DNA of 64,000 nt from contig NC_082731.1 in assembly GCF_030144855.1 (NCBI RefSeq), positions 24,118,001-24,182,000 on the forward strand, given 5' to 3'. The notes below the pieces were generated by a model. It ran no database searches and was not told the origin of the DNA. It was given only the letters and a program-made list of their open reading frames with translations. A program made the translations under genes and the position numbers. Shown here piece by piece: positions 39,499 to 53,759 of this stretch (position 1 is its first letter; each line of letters begins with the position of its first letter). Origin of the DNA: Hypanus sabinus. Taxonomy: Eukaryota.

Positions 39499-41810
39499 AG
39501 ACAATAGACAGTAGGTGCAGGAGTAGGCCATTCAGCCCTTCTAGCCAGAATGGCAATTCACTGTGATCATGGCTGATCATACACTATCAGTACCCCGTTC
39601 CTGCCCTCTCCCCATATCCCTTGACCCCGCTATCTATAAGAGCTCTATCTGAATGCATCCAGAGACCTGGCGTCCAATGTTTTCTGGAGCAAAGCATTCC
39701 ACATATCCACCACTCTCTCGATGAAAAAAAAAATCCGTATCTCTGTTCTAAATGACCAACCCCTTATTCGTAATCTGTGGCCTCAGGTACTGGACTTACA
39801 CATCAGCAAGAACATGCTTTCTGCCTCCAGTGTGTCCAATCCATCAATAATCTTATATGTTTCAACCAGATCCACTCTCATCCTTCTAAATGCCAGTGTA
39901 TACAAGGCCAGTCGCTACAATCTTTTACAATATGACAGTCCTACCATTCCGTGTATTAACCTTGTGAAGCTACGCTTCACTCCCTCAATAGCAAGAGTGT
40001 CCTTCCTCAAATGTGGAGAACAAAACTGTACACAATACTCCAGGTGGCGTCTGATAAGGGCCCTTTGTAGCTGCAGAGGGACATCTTTACTGTTATACTC
40101 AATTCCTCTTGTTGAAAAGGCCAGCATGCTATTATCTTTCTTCACTGCCTGCTGTACCTGCATGTTTGCTTTCATTGACTGATGTATACGAACACCTTGA
40201 TCTCGTTGTACTTCCCCATTTCCTAACTTGACTCCATTTAGATAATAATCTGCTTCCCTATTCTTGCAAACAAAGTGGATAACCTTACATTTATCCACAT
40301 TAAACTGCATCTGCCATACGTTTGCCCACTCACCCAAACTGTCCAAGTCCCCCTGCATTCTCATAACATCCTCCTGACATTTCACACTGCCCCCTAGCTT
40401 TGTGTAATCGGCAAATTTGCTAATGTTACTTTTAATCCCTTCATCTAAATCATTAATGTATATTATGAACAGCTGTGCTCCCAGCAGCGAACCTTGCGGT
40501 ACCCCACTGATCACACCCTGCCATTGCGAAAGGGACCCGTTAATCACTACTCTTTGTTTCCTGTCAGCCAGCCAATTTTCAATCCATTCAGTACTCTGCC
40601 CCCAATATCTCGGGTCCTAATTTTGACCACTAATATCCTATGTGGGACTGTATCAAAACCTTTTTTGGAAAACCATGTACACTACAACCACTGGCTTTCC
40701 CTTGTCCATTTTTATAGTTTCATCCTAAAAAAAAAACTCCAGATGATTAGTCAAGCATGATTATCCTTTCATAAATCCATGTTAAATCGGACTAATCCTT
40801 CTACTGCTATCCAAATGATTTTAAAATGTCCTCTTTTATAATTGACTCCAGCATTTTTCCTGCCACTGACGTCAGTCTAACCGGTCTATAATTCCCTGTT
40901 TTCTCTCTGCCTTCTTTCTTGAAAAGTTGGACAACATTAGCCACCCTGCTATCACCAGGAACTGCTCCTGAATCAATAGAACATTGGAAAATGATTACCA
41001 ATGCGGACACGATTTCTAGAGCCACCTCTTTAAGTACCCGAGGATGCAGACCATCAGGTCCCGGGGAGATACCACCTTTCAGACTCAAAACTCATTCCAA
41101 CACAGTTTCTGGCCGAATATGAATTTCCTTCAGTTCATCCTTTGCCCTAGTTCCTTTGGCCACTATTACATCTGGGTGATTGTTTGTGTACTCCCTAGTG
41201 AAGACAGATCGGAAGTACCTTTATAACTCATCTACCATTTCGTTGTTCACCCAAATAAGTTCACCTATATCAGTCTTCAATGGCTCAATTTTAGTTAAAA
41301 CTACTTTTTTTTTTTTGCTACTCTCATACCTGAAGAAGCTTTTACTATCCTCCTGTATATTCTTGGCACGTTTCCCTTCGTACCTCATTTTTTCTTGGCG
41401 TATTGCCTTTTTTGTTGTCCTCTGTTGCTCTTTTAAAGCTTTCAAATCCTCCGGTTTCCTGCTCATCTTTGCTATGTTATACTTCTCTTTTATTTTTATT
41501 CTGTCCTTTACTTCCCTCTTCAGCCACACCCGCCCCTTACTCCTCTGAGCACCTTTCTTCCTGTTTGGAATGAACCGATCCTGCACCTTCTGCATTATTC
41601 CCAGTAATACCTACTATTGTTGTTCCACTGTTTTCCCTGCTTGGGTCTTGCTCCATTGAACTTTGGCCAGCTGCTGGCTTATAGCTCCATAGATCCCATT
41701 GTTCAACTGTAATAAAGACACATCCGATTTTCCCTTCTCCTTATCAAATTGTAGGTTAAAACATATCATGTTATGTTTACTACTTCCTAACGGTTCCTTC
41801 ATTCTTGCTT
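39499..41810 (-). mobile_element. 5'-truncated CR1 LINE (end of endonuclease, RT, 3' UTR)
   Basis: Minus-strand ORFs: EPLGSSKHNMI, SPGPDGLHPRVLKE, NYRPVRLTSV, GVPQGSLLG, KFADYTKLGG; tail CTACTGTCTATTGTCTGT at about 39500. Confidence 0.93.
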
Positions 41811-42134
41811 GTTTACCCTTATTGTTATATTTGCACGGTTATTATGTATTGCCCTGTGTGAAATAAACTATCGGTCATAGTATTGTTTGTGTTACTCTCA
41901 CACTAATATTGTATCAGATGTGAGTGAATTGTAAATTATGGTTTCACTTTTGTCTGTATTTTGAAGCAAAACATCATTGAATGATCTTTGAAACCTGATT
42001 TTACTTGTGGAGGAAATCAGATTGAGTTGAATTGCTGCTGGTTTTTGTATGATAGTGTTTTGTGTCTGCTTTCCCTTGAAATGTTCTGCATCTATCGTAT
42101 TGAATTCTCTGGCCGTTTGTTGAGCGACTTGTAA

Positions 42135-43700
42135 TGTTTTTTATCAGTGTTTTTATACATTTTACAAATTTAAAAAAAATCACAATGAGGAGCATTAATA
42201 CAGTGCAAAATTAAGCATACAATGACAATATGATACAACGAAAGAGAATTAAAAAAACACCCAAATTGAAGACAAGTAAACTTAGTATCCCCCCAAGCCC
42301 CACAACAAAACAAAACAAAAAAAAAAAAAACTCTAGACCAACCACAACACAATATAGAGAATATAAATCAGGACAATCAAACTCCCAGACTGTGAATACA
42401 CTTAGCAAAAGAGGATAGTAATGCTACTACGAGAAAAAAAAAAAGGGGAGCTGAAAGCAAGGGACCGAAAAGAAAAAAAAACACTAGACAAGAGGAAGGT
42501 TATTAAAGTATCGATAAAATGTCCCCAGACATTATGGATCTTTAGGTCCGAATTAAGAACTGAATAATGATTTTTTTCGAGGCCCAAGCAGCCCATAATG
42601 TCGTTAAGCCATTGGGCTTGGGTGGGCGGGGCGACATCTCTCCATCTAATTAGGATCAAGCGTCTAGCCTGGAGAGAGGCAAAAGATAATATTCGGCATT
42701 TGGTCGGACTCAGACGTAAATCTGTCTCACTCCAGAAACCGAACAAAGCAATTAAGGGGTTTGGTTCTAGGTGCTGATTCAGAATATAGGATAACGTAGT
42801 GAAGACATCTTTCCATAATTTCTCCAAGCTGGGACAGAACCAGTACATATGAATCAGAGAGAACTCGCCCCTCTTGCATTTATCACAGAGCGGACTAATT
42901 TCAGGGTAGAATCGAGATAGTTTAGATTTCGACATATGGGCTCTATCAACAATCTTAAACTGTAAAAGGCAATGAATAGTACAAAGAGAGGTTGAGTTAA
43001 CCGATTTGAGAATCGATTCCCAGCTCTCATCAGATAAGGAGGTTATTAAATCCTGTTCCCATGCCATTTTAATTTTATCCACAGGGGCCTGTCGTAAGGC
43101 TGCTAATTTATCTTGAATAACTGATATTAAACCTTTACCTAGTGGATAACTGGAAAGAAATAAGTCCATAGCATTGTTCGCAGGCATTGCAGGAAAGTTA
43201 GGAATTAAAGGAGCAATAAAGTGTCTAATTTGGAGATGTCTAAAGAAATGAGCATTGGGCAGACTGAACTTAACAGAGAGCTGCTGAAAAGAAGCGAAGC
43301 GATTATCAATGAAAATATCTTCAAAATTTCCAAAGCCCTTTCTATACCAAACCTGGAATGCTGAATCGTACGTGGCAGGTAAAAAAAAAAGTGATTATGT
43401 ACGACAGGGCTGGAAACGGAAAAACCATGGAAACCATAGCATTTCCTAAACTGAGCCCATATACGCAAAGAGTGTCTAACAAGAGGATTAGCTATTAATC
43501 TGGACAGACTGCGAGGGAGTGCAGAGCCAAGAAGTGCAGATAGATAATTCTTTAGTGCTCAACTCCATTGCCACCCAATTAGGGCACTCGGGTTGGCCAT
43601 GGAAGAAAGACCAAAAGGTAGCACAACGTGTATTAGCTGTCCAATAATATAAACGAAAGTTAGGCGAAGCCATGTCTCCCTCTTTTTTTAGATTTTTCAA
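42135..43700 (-). mobile_element. L1/Tx1 LINE, 3' part of ORF2 (C-terminal zinc-binding region) and 3' UTR
   Basis: KKEGDMASPNFRLYYW; WEQDL...W..I; CDKCKRGEFSLIHMYWFCPSL. Continues the L1 at 48180-52530 across the inserted CR1. Confidence 0.88.
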
Positions 43701-43702
43701 TA

Positions 43703-43975
43703 CCTGGTCAATACCTGAGGAGGAAGGGGAACTGCGCAGGTGCGAGTGACGTCAGCGTCAAGCGCGCACTTTAAAAGGCAGGGCTTCTTTTCAGTGTGGT
43801 CATTTGAACCGGGAGCAAGTTACAGCTTGTGATTCATCTGGGAGCTCAGAGAATTCGACCGTTGTAGGTAGAATTTAAGCCTGCCTGGTCAATACCTGTG
43901 GAGGAGGGGGATCTGCGCAGGCGCGAGTGACGTCAGCGTCGAGCGCGCACTTTAAAAGGCAGGACTTCTTTTTAG
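43703..43975 (+). repeat. Tandem 181-bp-period duplication in the CR1 5' UTR
   Basis: CCTGGTCAATACCTG at 43703 and 43884. Each copy has CTGCGCAGG.GCGAGTGACGTCAGCGTC.AGCGCGCACTTTAAAAGGCAGG. Confidence 0.9.
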
Positions 43976-46900
43976 AGCGGGCAGCGTCGAGCGCGCAGCG
44001 GTGTCCGTGGAAGCAGAGTCCTGGGCTTTGGCTAAGTGGGCTTCTGCGTATGGGGACATCGGTAAACCAGTGTGATTGCTCGCTGAGGGGAAGAAGGTAA
44101 GGTCGCAAGGTGCTTTTTAGACTTATTCTATTAATCCAGTTCAGGTATGGGGGAGACAGTCAGAGCAGTGGGGTGCTCCGTATGCAGTATGTGGGAATTC
44201 AGGGTCAACACAGTTGTCCCTGATGACCACACCTGCAAAAGCTGCGTCCAGCTGCAGCTCCTATCAGCCCGAGTTAGGGAGTTGGAGCGGGAGCTGGATG
44301 AACTATGGATCATTCGGGAGGCAGAGGCAGAGATAGATAGGAGTTATCAGGAGGTAGTCACATCAAAAAACCAAGAAGTAGGCAGATGGGTAACGGTCTA
44401 GAGAGGCAGCGGGAGCAGGCAGAGAGAGCAGAGCACCCCTGCGGCCATTCCCATTAACAATAAGTGTAGCGAACTGGATACTGTCGATGAGGATGACCTA
44501 CCAGGAATGAGTTGTAGTGGTCCTGCCTCAGGCACAGAGGTTGAACCCTCAACTAGAAAGGGGAGGACGGAAGAGAAGAAAGCGATAGTTTTAGTGGATT
44601 CTATAGTCAGGGGGGCAGATAGGAGATTTTGTGGGGCAGATCGGGAGTCTCGGATGGTATGTTGCCTCCCTGGTGCCAGGGTCCGGGATATCTCAGATCG
44701 GATGCAGACTATTCTTGAGAACGAGGGCATGAACCCAGATGAAGTGGTCCATATAGGGACCAACGATGTTGGTAAGATGATTGAGGGGTTCCTGCTTAGA
44801 GAGTTCAGGGAGTTAGGAGTGAAGCTGAAAGGCAGGACCTCCAGGGTGACAATCTCGGGATTGCTACCTGTGCCACGTGCGAGTGAAGCGAAGAATAGAA
44901 TGATTATGCACATTAATACGAGGCTGAGAGCATCGTGCAGGAAGGAAGGGTTCAGGTTTTTGGATAACTGGTCTTTGTTCCAGGGACATTGGGATCTGTT
45001 TCGAAGGGACGGTCTACATCCGAACCGGAGGGGTACTAACATTCTTGCAGGAATGTTTGCCAGTGCTGCTCGGGGAGGGGGGGGGCGTTAAACTAGATGT
45101 GCAGGGGGCACGGATCCAGATCCACAGGGTTGGTCAGACGTAGCATGGGGTTACATGTGTAGAAGGTTTGGGTGATCTTGAGAAGGTCATCAAAATTCAA
45201 GGTGCAATTAGCCCGATGGAAGTTCAAGGAGCTGGGTTAGGTACGATAGACAGTGCTTTAAGCAAAGCGAGGAGGAATGGGCTAAGAATTCTATACTTGA
45301 ATGCGCGTAGTGTCAGAAATAAGACAGATGAGCTTGAAGCTCAGATGAAAATGGGGAACTACAAAATTGTTGGGATAACGGAGACATGGCTGCAAGGGGA
45401 TCAGGCCTGGGAATTGAGTGTACCAGGGTATACGTGCGATCGTAGAGACAGAAATATGGGAAGAGGGGAAGGGTGGCCCTGTTGGTGAGGAATGAGATTC
45501 AGTCCTTAGCAAGATGTGACTTGGGAACAGGGGAAATAGAGTCTGCGTGGATTTAGCTGAGGAACAGTAAGGGTAAAAAGACCCTAAATGGGTGTTGTGT
45601 ACAGACCCCCAAACAGTAGCGTGGATATTGGGTACAAGTTGATTAGGGAGTTAACATTGGCATGTGCTAAAGGTAATGCAGTCCTTATGGGAGATTTCAA
45701 CATGCAGGTGAACTGGGAGAATCAGGTAGGTGCTGGAACCCAGGATAGGGAGTTTGTGGAGTGTCTAAGGGATGTATTTTTGGAACAGCTTGTGCTTGAG
45801 CCAACCAGGAACGAGGCTATTTTGGACTTGGTGATGTGTAATGAACAGGAATTGATAACTGATCTTGAAGTAAATGAGCCATTAGGATGTAGTGATCATA
45901 ACATGATAAGTTTTTATCTACAATTTGAGAGGGATAAGGGGAGATCAGAGGTGTCAGTGTTGCAATTAAATAAAGGAGACCACGGAGCCATGAGGGACGT
46001 GCTGGCCAAAGTTAAATGGCCGGATGCCCTGGCAGGAAAGACAGTGGATCAGCAGTGGCAGATATTCTTGAGGATAATACAAAAGATGCAAAAGCAGTTC
46101 ATTCCAATGAGAGAGAAGGATCCAAAGAGGGGGAAGGGGCCACAGTGGTTGACAAAGGCAGTCAGAGATTGTATAGCATTAAAGAAAAATAAGTATGACA
46201 GGGCTAAGATGAGTGGGGATACAGATGATTGGGAAAGTTTTAAGGAACAGCAGATCTTAACTAAAAAAAGCAATACGGAGAGAAAAAAATCAGGTATGAG
46301 CTCAGTCTAGCCAGGAATATAAAACGGGATAGCAAAAGCTTTTTTATCTATGTGAAGTGAAAGAAGATAGTTAAGAACAATGTTGGCCCCTTGAAGAATG
46401 AATTGGGAGAAATTGTTATGGGAAACAGGGAAATGGCAACAGAATTTAATGCGCACTTTAGATGTGTCTTCACCAGGGAGGACACAAGCAATCTCCCAGA
46501 TATATGGATGGGCCAGGGTCATAAGATATCAGAGGAATTGAGACAGATTGACATTACGAAAGAAACTGTGATGAGTAGACTGGTAGGACTGGAGGCTAAT
46601 ATATCCCCGGGTCCAGATGGACTGCATCCGAGTGTTCAAAAACAGGTGGCTCAGGAAATTGCGGATGAATTGGTAATCATTTTCCAATGTTCCTTAGATT
46701 CAGGATCAGTTCCCGAAGATTGGAGAGTGGCTAATGTTATCCCACTTTTCAAGAAGGGAGGGAAGGAGAAAACGGAGAATTATCGCCCTGTTGGCCTAAC
46801 GTCAGTCGTGGGGAAGATGCTTGAGTCCATTATTAAGTACGAAATAGTGGCACATCTTGATGGCAGTAATAGGATTAGGCCGAGCCAACATGGATTTACC

Positions 46901-48178
46901 AAGGGCAAATCATGCTTGACTAATCTGTTGGAGTTTTTTGAGGGTGTAACAAGGATGTTAGACGAGGGTAAGCCAGTGGATGTTCTGTAACTAGATTTCC
47001 AGAAGGCATTCGATAAGGTGCCACATAGGAGATTGGTGAGTAAAATCAGAGCTCATGGCATTGGGGGCAGGGTGTCAACATGGGTAGAAAACTGGTTGGC
47101 AGATAGAAAGCAAAGGGTAGCAGTGAATGGGTGTTTCTCGGACTGGCTGGAGGTGACTAGTGGGGTACCACAGGGCTCTGTATTGGGACCACAGCTCTTT
47201 ACGATTTATGTCAACGATTTAGATAAGGGCATTGAAAACTATATCAGCAAGTTTGCTGACGATACTAAACTGGGTGGCAGTGCGACATGCGAAGAGGACG
47301 TTAGGAGAATACAGGGAGACTTGGATGGGCTGGGTGAGTGGGCAGATACTTGGCAGATGTCATTCAATGTGAATAAATGTGAAGTTATCCACTTTGGAAG
47401 CAGGAACAATAGGGCAGAGTATTGTCTGAACGGTGTAGAGTTAGGTAAGGGAGAAAGGCAAAGAGACCTAGGAGTCCTAGTTCATCAGTCAATGAAGGGG
47501 AATGAGCAAGTGCAACAGGCAGTGAAGAGGGCAAACGGAATGTTGGCCTTTATTACAAGGGGAGTTGAGTACAAGAGCAAGGATGTCCTTTTGCATTTGT
47601 ACAGGGCCCTGGTGAGACCACACCTGGAATATTGTGTACAGTTTTGGTCTCCAGGTTTAAGGAAGGACATTCTGGCAATTGATGCAGCGTAGATTCACTA
47701 GTTTGATTCCTGGGATGGCAGCGCTTTCTTACGCAGAGAGATTGGAGAGATTGGGCTTGTACACGCTGGAATTGAGGGGATTGAGAAGGGATCTGATTGA
47801 AACGTTTAAGATAATTAAAGGATTTGATAGGATTGAGGCAGGAAATATGTTCCAGATGTTGGGAGAGACCAGTACCAGAGGGCATGGTTTGAGAATAAGA
47901 GGTCAGTTATTTAAAACAGAGTTGAGGAAGAGCTTCTTCTGCCAGAGAGTTGTGGAGGTGTGGAATGTACTGCCTCGGAAGATGGTGGAGGCCAATTCTC
48001 TGGATGCTTTCAAGAAGGAGCTAGATAGATATCTGATGGATAGTGGAATCAAGAGATATGGGGACAAGGCAGGGACTGGGTATTGATAGTGAATGATCAG
48101 CCATGATCTCAGAATGGCGTTGCAGACTCCAGGGGCCGAATGGTCTACTTCTGCACCTATCTTCTATTGTCTATTGCC
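43703..48178 (+). mobile_element. Near full-length CR1 LINE nested in the L1
   Basis: 5' UTR with duplicated promoter unit. ORF1 (CSVCSMW..CKSCVQLQLL..VRELEREL; SGNH esterase VDSIVRG/HIGTND). ORF2 APE (LYLNARS, ITETWL, MGDFN, SDHN) and RT (PQGSVLG, KFADDTKL). 3' tail TTCTATTGTCTATTG. A few stops and frameshifts. Confidence 0.95.
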
Positions 48179-48179
48179 T

Positions 48180-51100
48180 ATTTATGGAGATGGATTTTAT
48201 TAATTCTAGAGAGCTTATTCTTCCACAGATATGGCAAAATAATAGAGTCTAAGGAATGAAAAAAAAGATTTAGGAATAAAAATTGGGATAGATTGAAATA
48301 AGTATAAAAATTTGGGGAGAACATACATTTTAACAACTTTATTACGACCTACCAGAGAAATAGATAGAGGTGACCATTGTGCCAGACTCTGCTTTATAGT
48401 ATTTGAAATGTTGGCAAAGTTTTCACGAAAGTGATCTTTAAACTTCCATGTGACTGTAATTCAAAGATAAGTAAATTGATTATGGACTACTTTAAAAGGG
48501 AGATCACGAAATGTTAATTCTTGTGCTTCTTTATTAATTGGGAAAAGATCACTCTTATGTAAATTAAGTTTATAGCCTGAGATCAGGCTAAACTGGTCAA
48601 GAAGTGAAAACATTGGAGGTAAGGATGTTGACGGATTTGAGAGAAAGAATAATAAGTCATCAGTATAAAGAGAAACTTTATGCTCAACACCCTCTCTCCA
48701 AATCCCGGTCAATTCAGGACAATTTCGAAATGCTTTCGCCAAAGGTTCTACAGCCAAATTAAAGAGAGAGGGACTTAAGGGGCATACCGGACTTGTGCCA
48801 CGTTTGAGATTAAATACCTGGGAATTCTGAAAATTAGTTAAAACAAAAGCAGTAGGACACAGGTCTCTTGGACAATTTGATCCAAGAGATGAAACTTTGA
48901 CCGAGGTCAATTTTTTCTAGGATTGCAAAAAGGTAGTTCCACTCTATACGATCGGATGCTTTCTCCGCATCGAGGACATTCAGGAATCCCAGTTCGATGT
49001 GACTATAAGATATTAAATAAACGCCGAATGTTAAAAAAAGGGAGACGGAGACGATTTTTAATAAAACCTGATTGTTCATCAGAAATAACGGAGGGAGTAA
49101 CGGTTTCTAATCTATGAGCCCGAACTTTGGCTAAGATCTTTACATCAACATTGAGCAAATAAATTGGCCTAAACGAGGAACACTCTGTTGGGTCTTTGCC
49201 CTTTTTAATAGAATAATAATAGATGACTCATTGAAAGAGGGTGGCAATTTGCCGTAATTAAACAAATCAGATAATATTGAAAGTAACTGAGCAGCAAGAA
49301 GTGAAGAGAATGCTTTATAAAATTCTACAGGAAACTCAACAGGTCCTGGAGATTTCCCTGAGGACAGTGCAGAAATCGCAAAAGATATTACTTCTGATGA
49401 TATAGGCGCATTAAGATTGGTTTTGGAATCAGATGAAAGTGAAGGAATATTCAGATTCTTTAAAAATGATCAGCAGAGATATTGTCATTCATAGGAATAA
49501 AGCCGAGAATAATAAAAAAAAAATAAATGCATCATTAATTTCTAAATGATCAGATATAAAGTCTCCGTTCTCATTCCGGATCTTGGTATTACTTGGTTGG
49601 CTTTGGAACGCCTCAGCTGATTGGCTAGAAATTTACCAGACTTATCCCCATGCATGTGTGAGCGACTCTTGCTTTCGAGAAGATGGCGTTCGACAGGTTG
49701 AGTAGACAGAAGATTAAATTTAGTTTGTAGATCAACACGCTTCTTGTATAGTTCAGGGTTCTTAGTTTGAGCATTTAGTTGATCCAATTATTTAATCTGG
49801 TTAATGAGTTCTAATCAATCTGCACAGGATCTTCTGTTGAGATTTGCTGTGTAAGAGATTATTTGACCCCTCAGATATGCTTTCATGGCATCCCAGACAA
49901 ACTGGGATGACACTTCAAGTGATGTATTAGTGTTAAAATAAAAGGTTATCTGATCCTTAATAAATTTAAAAAAAAATCATCATCCGATAATAAAGCTGAA
50001 TCAAACCGCCAGTGATTATTCCTCTGAGGGAGACCAAGAAAGTTCAGCGAGAGAGTAATTGGGGCATGGTCTGAAATCAGTATACTCTGATAGTCACAAG
50101 AAAGGGCCAATGGAATAAGTTGGTTATCGAGTAAGAAATAGTCAATTCTAGTGAAGGTATTGTGAACATGTGAAAAAAAAGAATAATCTCTCTCAGTAGG
50201 ATGAAGGGAACGACATATATCAGAAAGACCAAAATTAGAGAGAAATGATTCGATAGCTAAGTCAGATTTAGTAGGTGATCTGATCACAGAGGACGATCGA
50301 TCTAGATTAGGATCTAACCAACAGTTGTAGTCACCACCCAGTATAAGAAAGTATGATGTTAAGTCTGGTAGTGAGGAAGAAAAACGTTCAAAAAAGTTAG
50401 CATCATCAAAGTTGGTTGCATACAGGTTTGCTAGTACAACTTTAGTGTTGTATAGTTTCCCAGAAACAATAATAAAACGGCCATTTGTATCAGATATTTT
50501 ATTATGGAGTTCAAAAGGAATATTTGAGTTAATAAGAATGGGGACTCCTCTCGCTTTAGCGGCAAAGGATGAATGAAAATACTGACCTGTCCACTTTGAC
50601 AGAAGCCGGGAGTTATCAAAACAACGAATATGAGTTTCCTGAAGGAAAGCAATGTCACCTTTGAGTTGTTTAATATGTGAGAATACCTTCCTTCTTTTAA
50701 CAGGGTGATACAATCCCTTTACATTTTAGCTCACGAATTTAAGTGCACTAGCCATTATCAATTACTATTGAATAATAGGCAGCAGGCATATAAAAAGTCA
50801 AGCAATACAGTAGCAGTCTGGGAGCAGAAATGTAAACATAGATTCGTAAAATCAAAACATAAACATGTCCTGAGCAGTAAAGACAAACAATAAATACAGT
50901 GAGTGATTTTGGAACTGGAAAACCCACCCCATCCACACAACCCAAAACTAGACGGCTACCAAAAAAAGCAGCTAATTCTACCAAAAAAATTAAACCAAAT
51001 ATAACTTCCAGATCTGTGTCATTAACAGCAGTTCCGTATAAATACTATAGCAAATAGTAACTAGTTTATGCACCAGAAAACATAACTGCAAATTGGAACA

Positions 51101-52530
51101 TCTTCTGCAGAAATATAAAACTTAATACAGAGAAAAACGGAAGAAAACCAAAACTAACCTACCCGCGAAAAATTATGGAAGAATAAAGTAAGAGAAAGGG
51201 GAAAAAAATGGAGGAAGGGGAAAATTATAGATTCAAGAAGAGTACTTATCAACCATTTACAGAGAGGAAAAAAAATCACAGATTAAAAAAAAAGATTAAA
51301 AAATAAAAAAAAATAATCAGCTGTTTAACTGTGAACCAACAAACAGGGAGGCCTTCAATTAAAAACTTCAAACCTCCATAACAAGTTAGAGTCAATTGTA
51401 GAACTCTATAGGTAAAGTTATACAGGAATAAAATAAATTACACAAGTATTACTTAAACGTCCATAGGGAAAAATTAAGCACAGAATGTCTATTTAAAAAG
51501 GACACACCGAATCTAGGGAGAGATTATCAACAGCCCTTAGAGAATAATGTCTGTGTGATTCAACTAAAGTCTGCGTCCAGAAAAAAAGTAATCTTACGAC
51601 AAGAAGTACTTATCCACCATTTTAAGAGGTCCGATCGGGTTTCGAAGATGGCTGGACAGCCGGAAGACTTGCAACAAATGCCTCAACCTCCTTCACTGAT
51701 TTACACCACTTATATTTTCCAGTATTAAGCGTGATTCGTAAATCAGCAGGAGTGCGAAGAGAGGGTTTAAAACCACGATCAAAAAAGCACTTTCATTACG
51801 CCTTTAAACTTAGTGCGCATATTTAACATCTGGGGTGCAAAATCTTCCACAAAGCGAATGATTGTATTTTGGAAAATAAAAGTACCTCTGCGACGTGCCT
51901 CTATAATCAGACGGTGTTTTACCTGTTATTGATGAAAGCACAAAATTACCGGTCGCGGGCGGGAGTCCAGAATTCCGTGGGCAACGTCGACCCTGTGTGC
52001 CCTTTCGAGCTCAGGCGGGTTCGGAAGCAAACCTTTCCCGAATATCTCACAGAGAAACTCGGTGAAAAACTTTACGGCTGTTCCCTGTTCCGTAGCCTCT
52101 GGCAACCCAAGAATTCGAAGGTTACAACGTCTGCTGCGATTTTCGAGATCGACCATTTTGGTAAGGTGTTTGCTACATTTCCCCTCTAGGCTGGATCAGA
52201 GAGTCTCCAAGTATCGAACACATCGTTCTAAATGTTCAGAATTCGAATCGATGCGAGATAAGTGTTCAGCATGTTCGTCCACTCTATCGTTGATCCGATT
52301 CAGTCTGGCTTCCAGCTGTTTGAAAGCGGTTCTAAATTCCTTCAAAATATCGTCTCGATGCTGTTCCAAACTCAAAGCTGTTTATTATAATTGCTATATT
52401 TTCATTTTTCAGTTTGGCAGATTTTCTTAAATGATTCTGTCACTCTGTCAAAACTCTTTCAATTTAGTTTTCATTTATAGAATTAGGATGTATTTTCTTT
52501 GTTTGGCATCGATGTTTCCTTTTCATTATC
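48180..52530 (-). mobile_element. L1/Tx1 LINE, 5' part: ORF1, spacer, APE endonuclease, RT
   Basis: ORF1 LENRSRRCNLRILGLPE..ELERAHR..PRPVI; APE IAFLQETH, LGGDYN, RIDYFL, SDHAP (49946-50713); RT CPLSPSLFNLAVEPLA, SLYTDDLL (48461-48910). Confidence 0.92.
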
Positions 52531-53759
52531 ATTTTTTTGCATTGAATCATACTGATCTGTTCTGCATTTTATCCAGAATATTTCACATTTATTTATGATT
52601 TAAGTTGCCTGCAGTTATACAATTCAAATTTCAGATTCATCTCTTTACAAATTATTTGTCGGATATTTTTGTTTTGTTAAATGCTTCGGCATTATTGATG
52701 TAGTGGCATAAAATTTAAAGATGTCGTCTATAGACAGTGTGTACAGGATAATTCATTTCTTTGTTTCTGATTTGATCCAACGTATTCCCCGATTGTGTAA
52801 ATTAGAGAACGGTTTAAAAGCTAATCAAAATAATTGTCGCCTCACCGAATCGCCCTGGGAAAAGTTTTGGTCTATTTTGATAACTTTCCATGTTCTTTTT
52901 GGTCGTTAATACAAACGGCGATTGCAGTTCTCTGATCAGATGTTGAAGAAATTTCACAAGTATTGGGAGTAGTTTATATATATTAATACTTCCATTAACT
53001 ATGAATGCAGGACAGACTCAAAGGTTTTGGTAGTCAATAAAAGAACACCTGGATTTAGGATAACAAAATCTATATTGAGTTATTATTCCCATCATTTCTA
53101 ACACTTAAATATAATTATATGATTGTGCAGGGATTAGTTGAACATTCATGATATTACAATACTATATATAGTTTATATACACGTAGTATCATATATTTAT
53201 TGATAAATCATATGTGATTTAAAATTTAGGTAAGAGATGCGTTTAATATTCTGTCAAAATTTCCTGCATTTATTCATGAATTTTCAGAAATTGCTCTATA
53301 TGCACGTTTGGGCATGGATGGAGGCTAATGGACTTAAAATGATAATAATTGTGAATATAGTTTCTACTCTTTTATTTGTGGATATTATTTATAAACGGAT
53401 TTAATGTGTCCTTTGAAACTTCGCCTTGTTGTATTCATTCAATTTGGTGAGTATCTTGGATGTCATTTTCGTTGTTCATCCGATCTGATCAGATATTACA
53501 CCAACATTTCTTTATCTCTCTGTTTGTTGATAATTCCGTGCTCTTGTAGGTAATATTTTGCCTCGTCGAATGCATACCATGTCCTGTATAAACTTTATCA
53601 TTGTTTCTCAACTGTTATTTACTGTTCCTTCATCTGGCGCATTCCATGTATCTATTTAGTCTGGCTTCGATTGCACGGACTTCTGTCTCAGTGCATCTAT
53701 ATATTTCACCAATGCTTATACTTGCTTAAACGTATCTTGTACGGAGCTTAACAACTTAC

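Noticed and set aside
42040-42067. Perfect nonamer GGTTTTTGT
   Set aside because: No heptamer at 12 or 23 nt.
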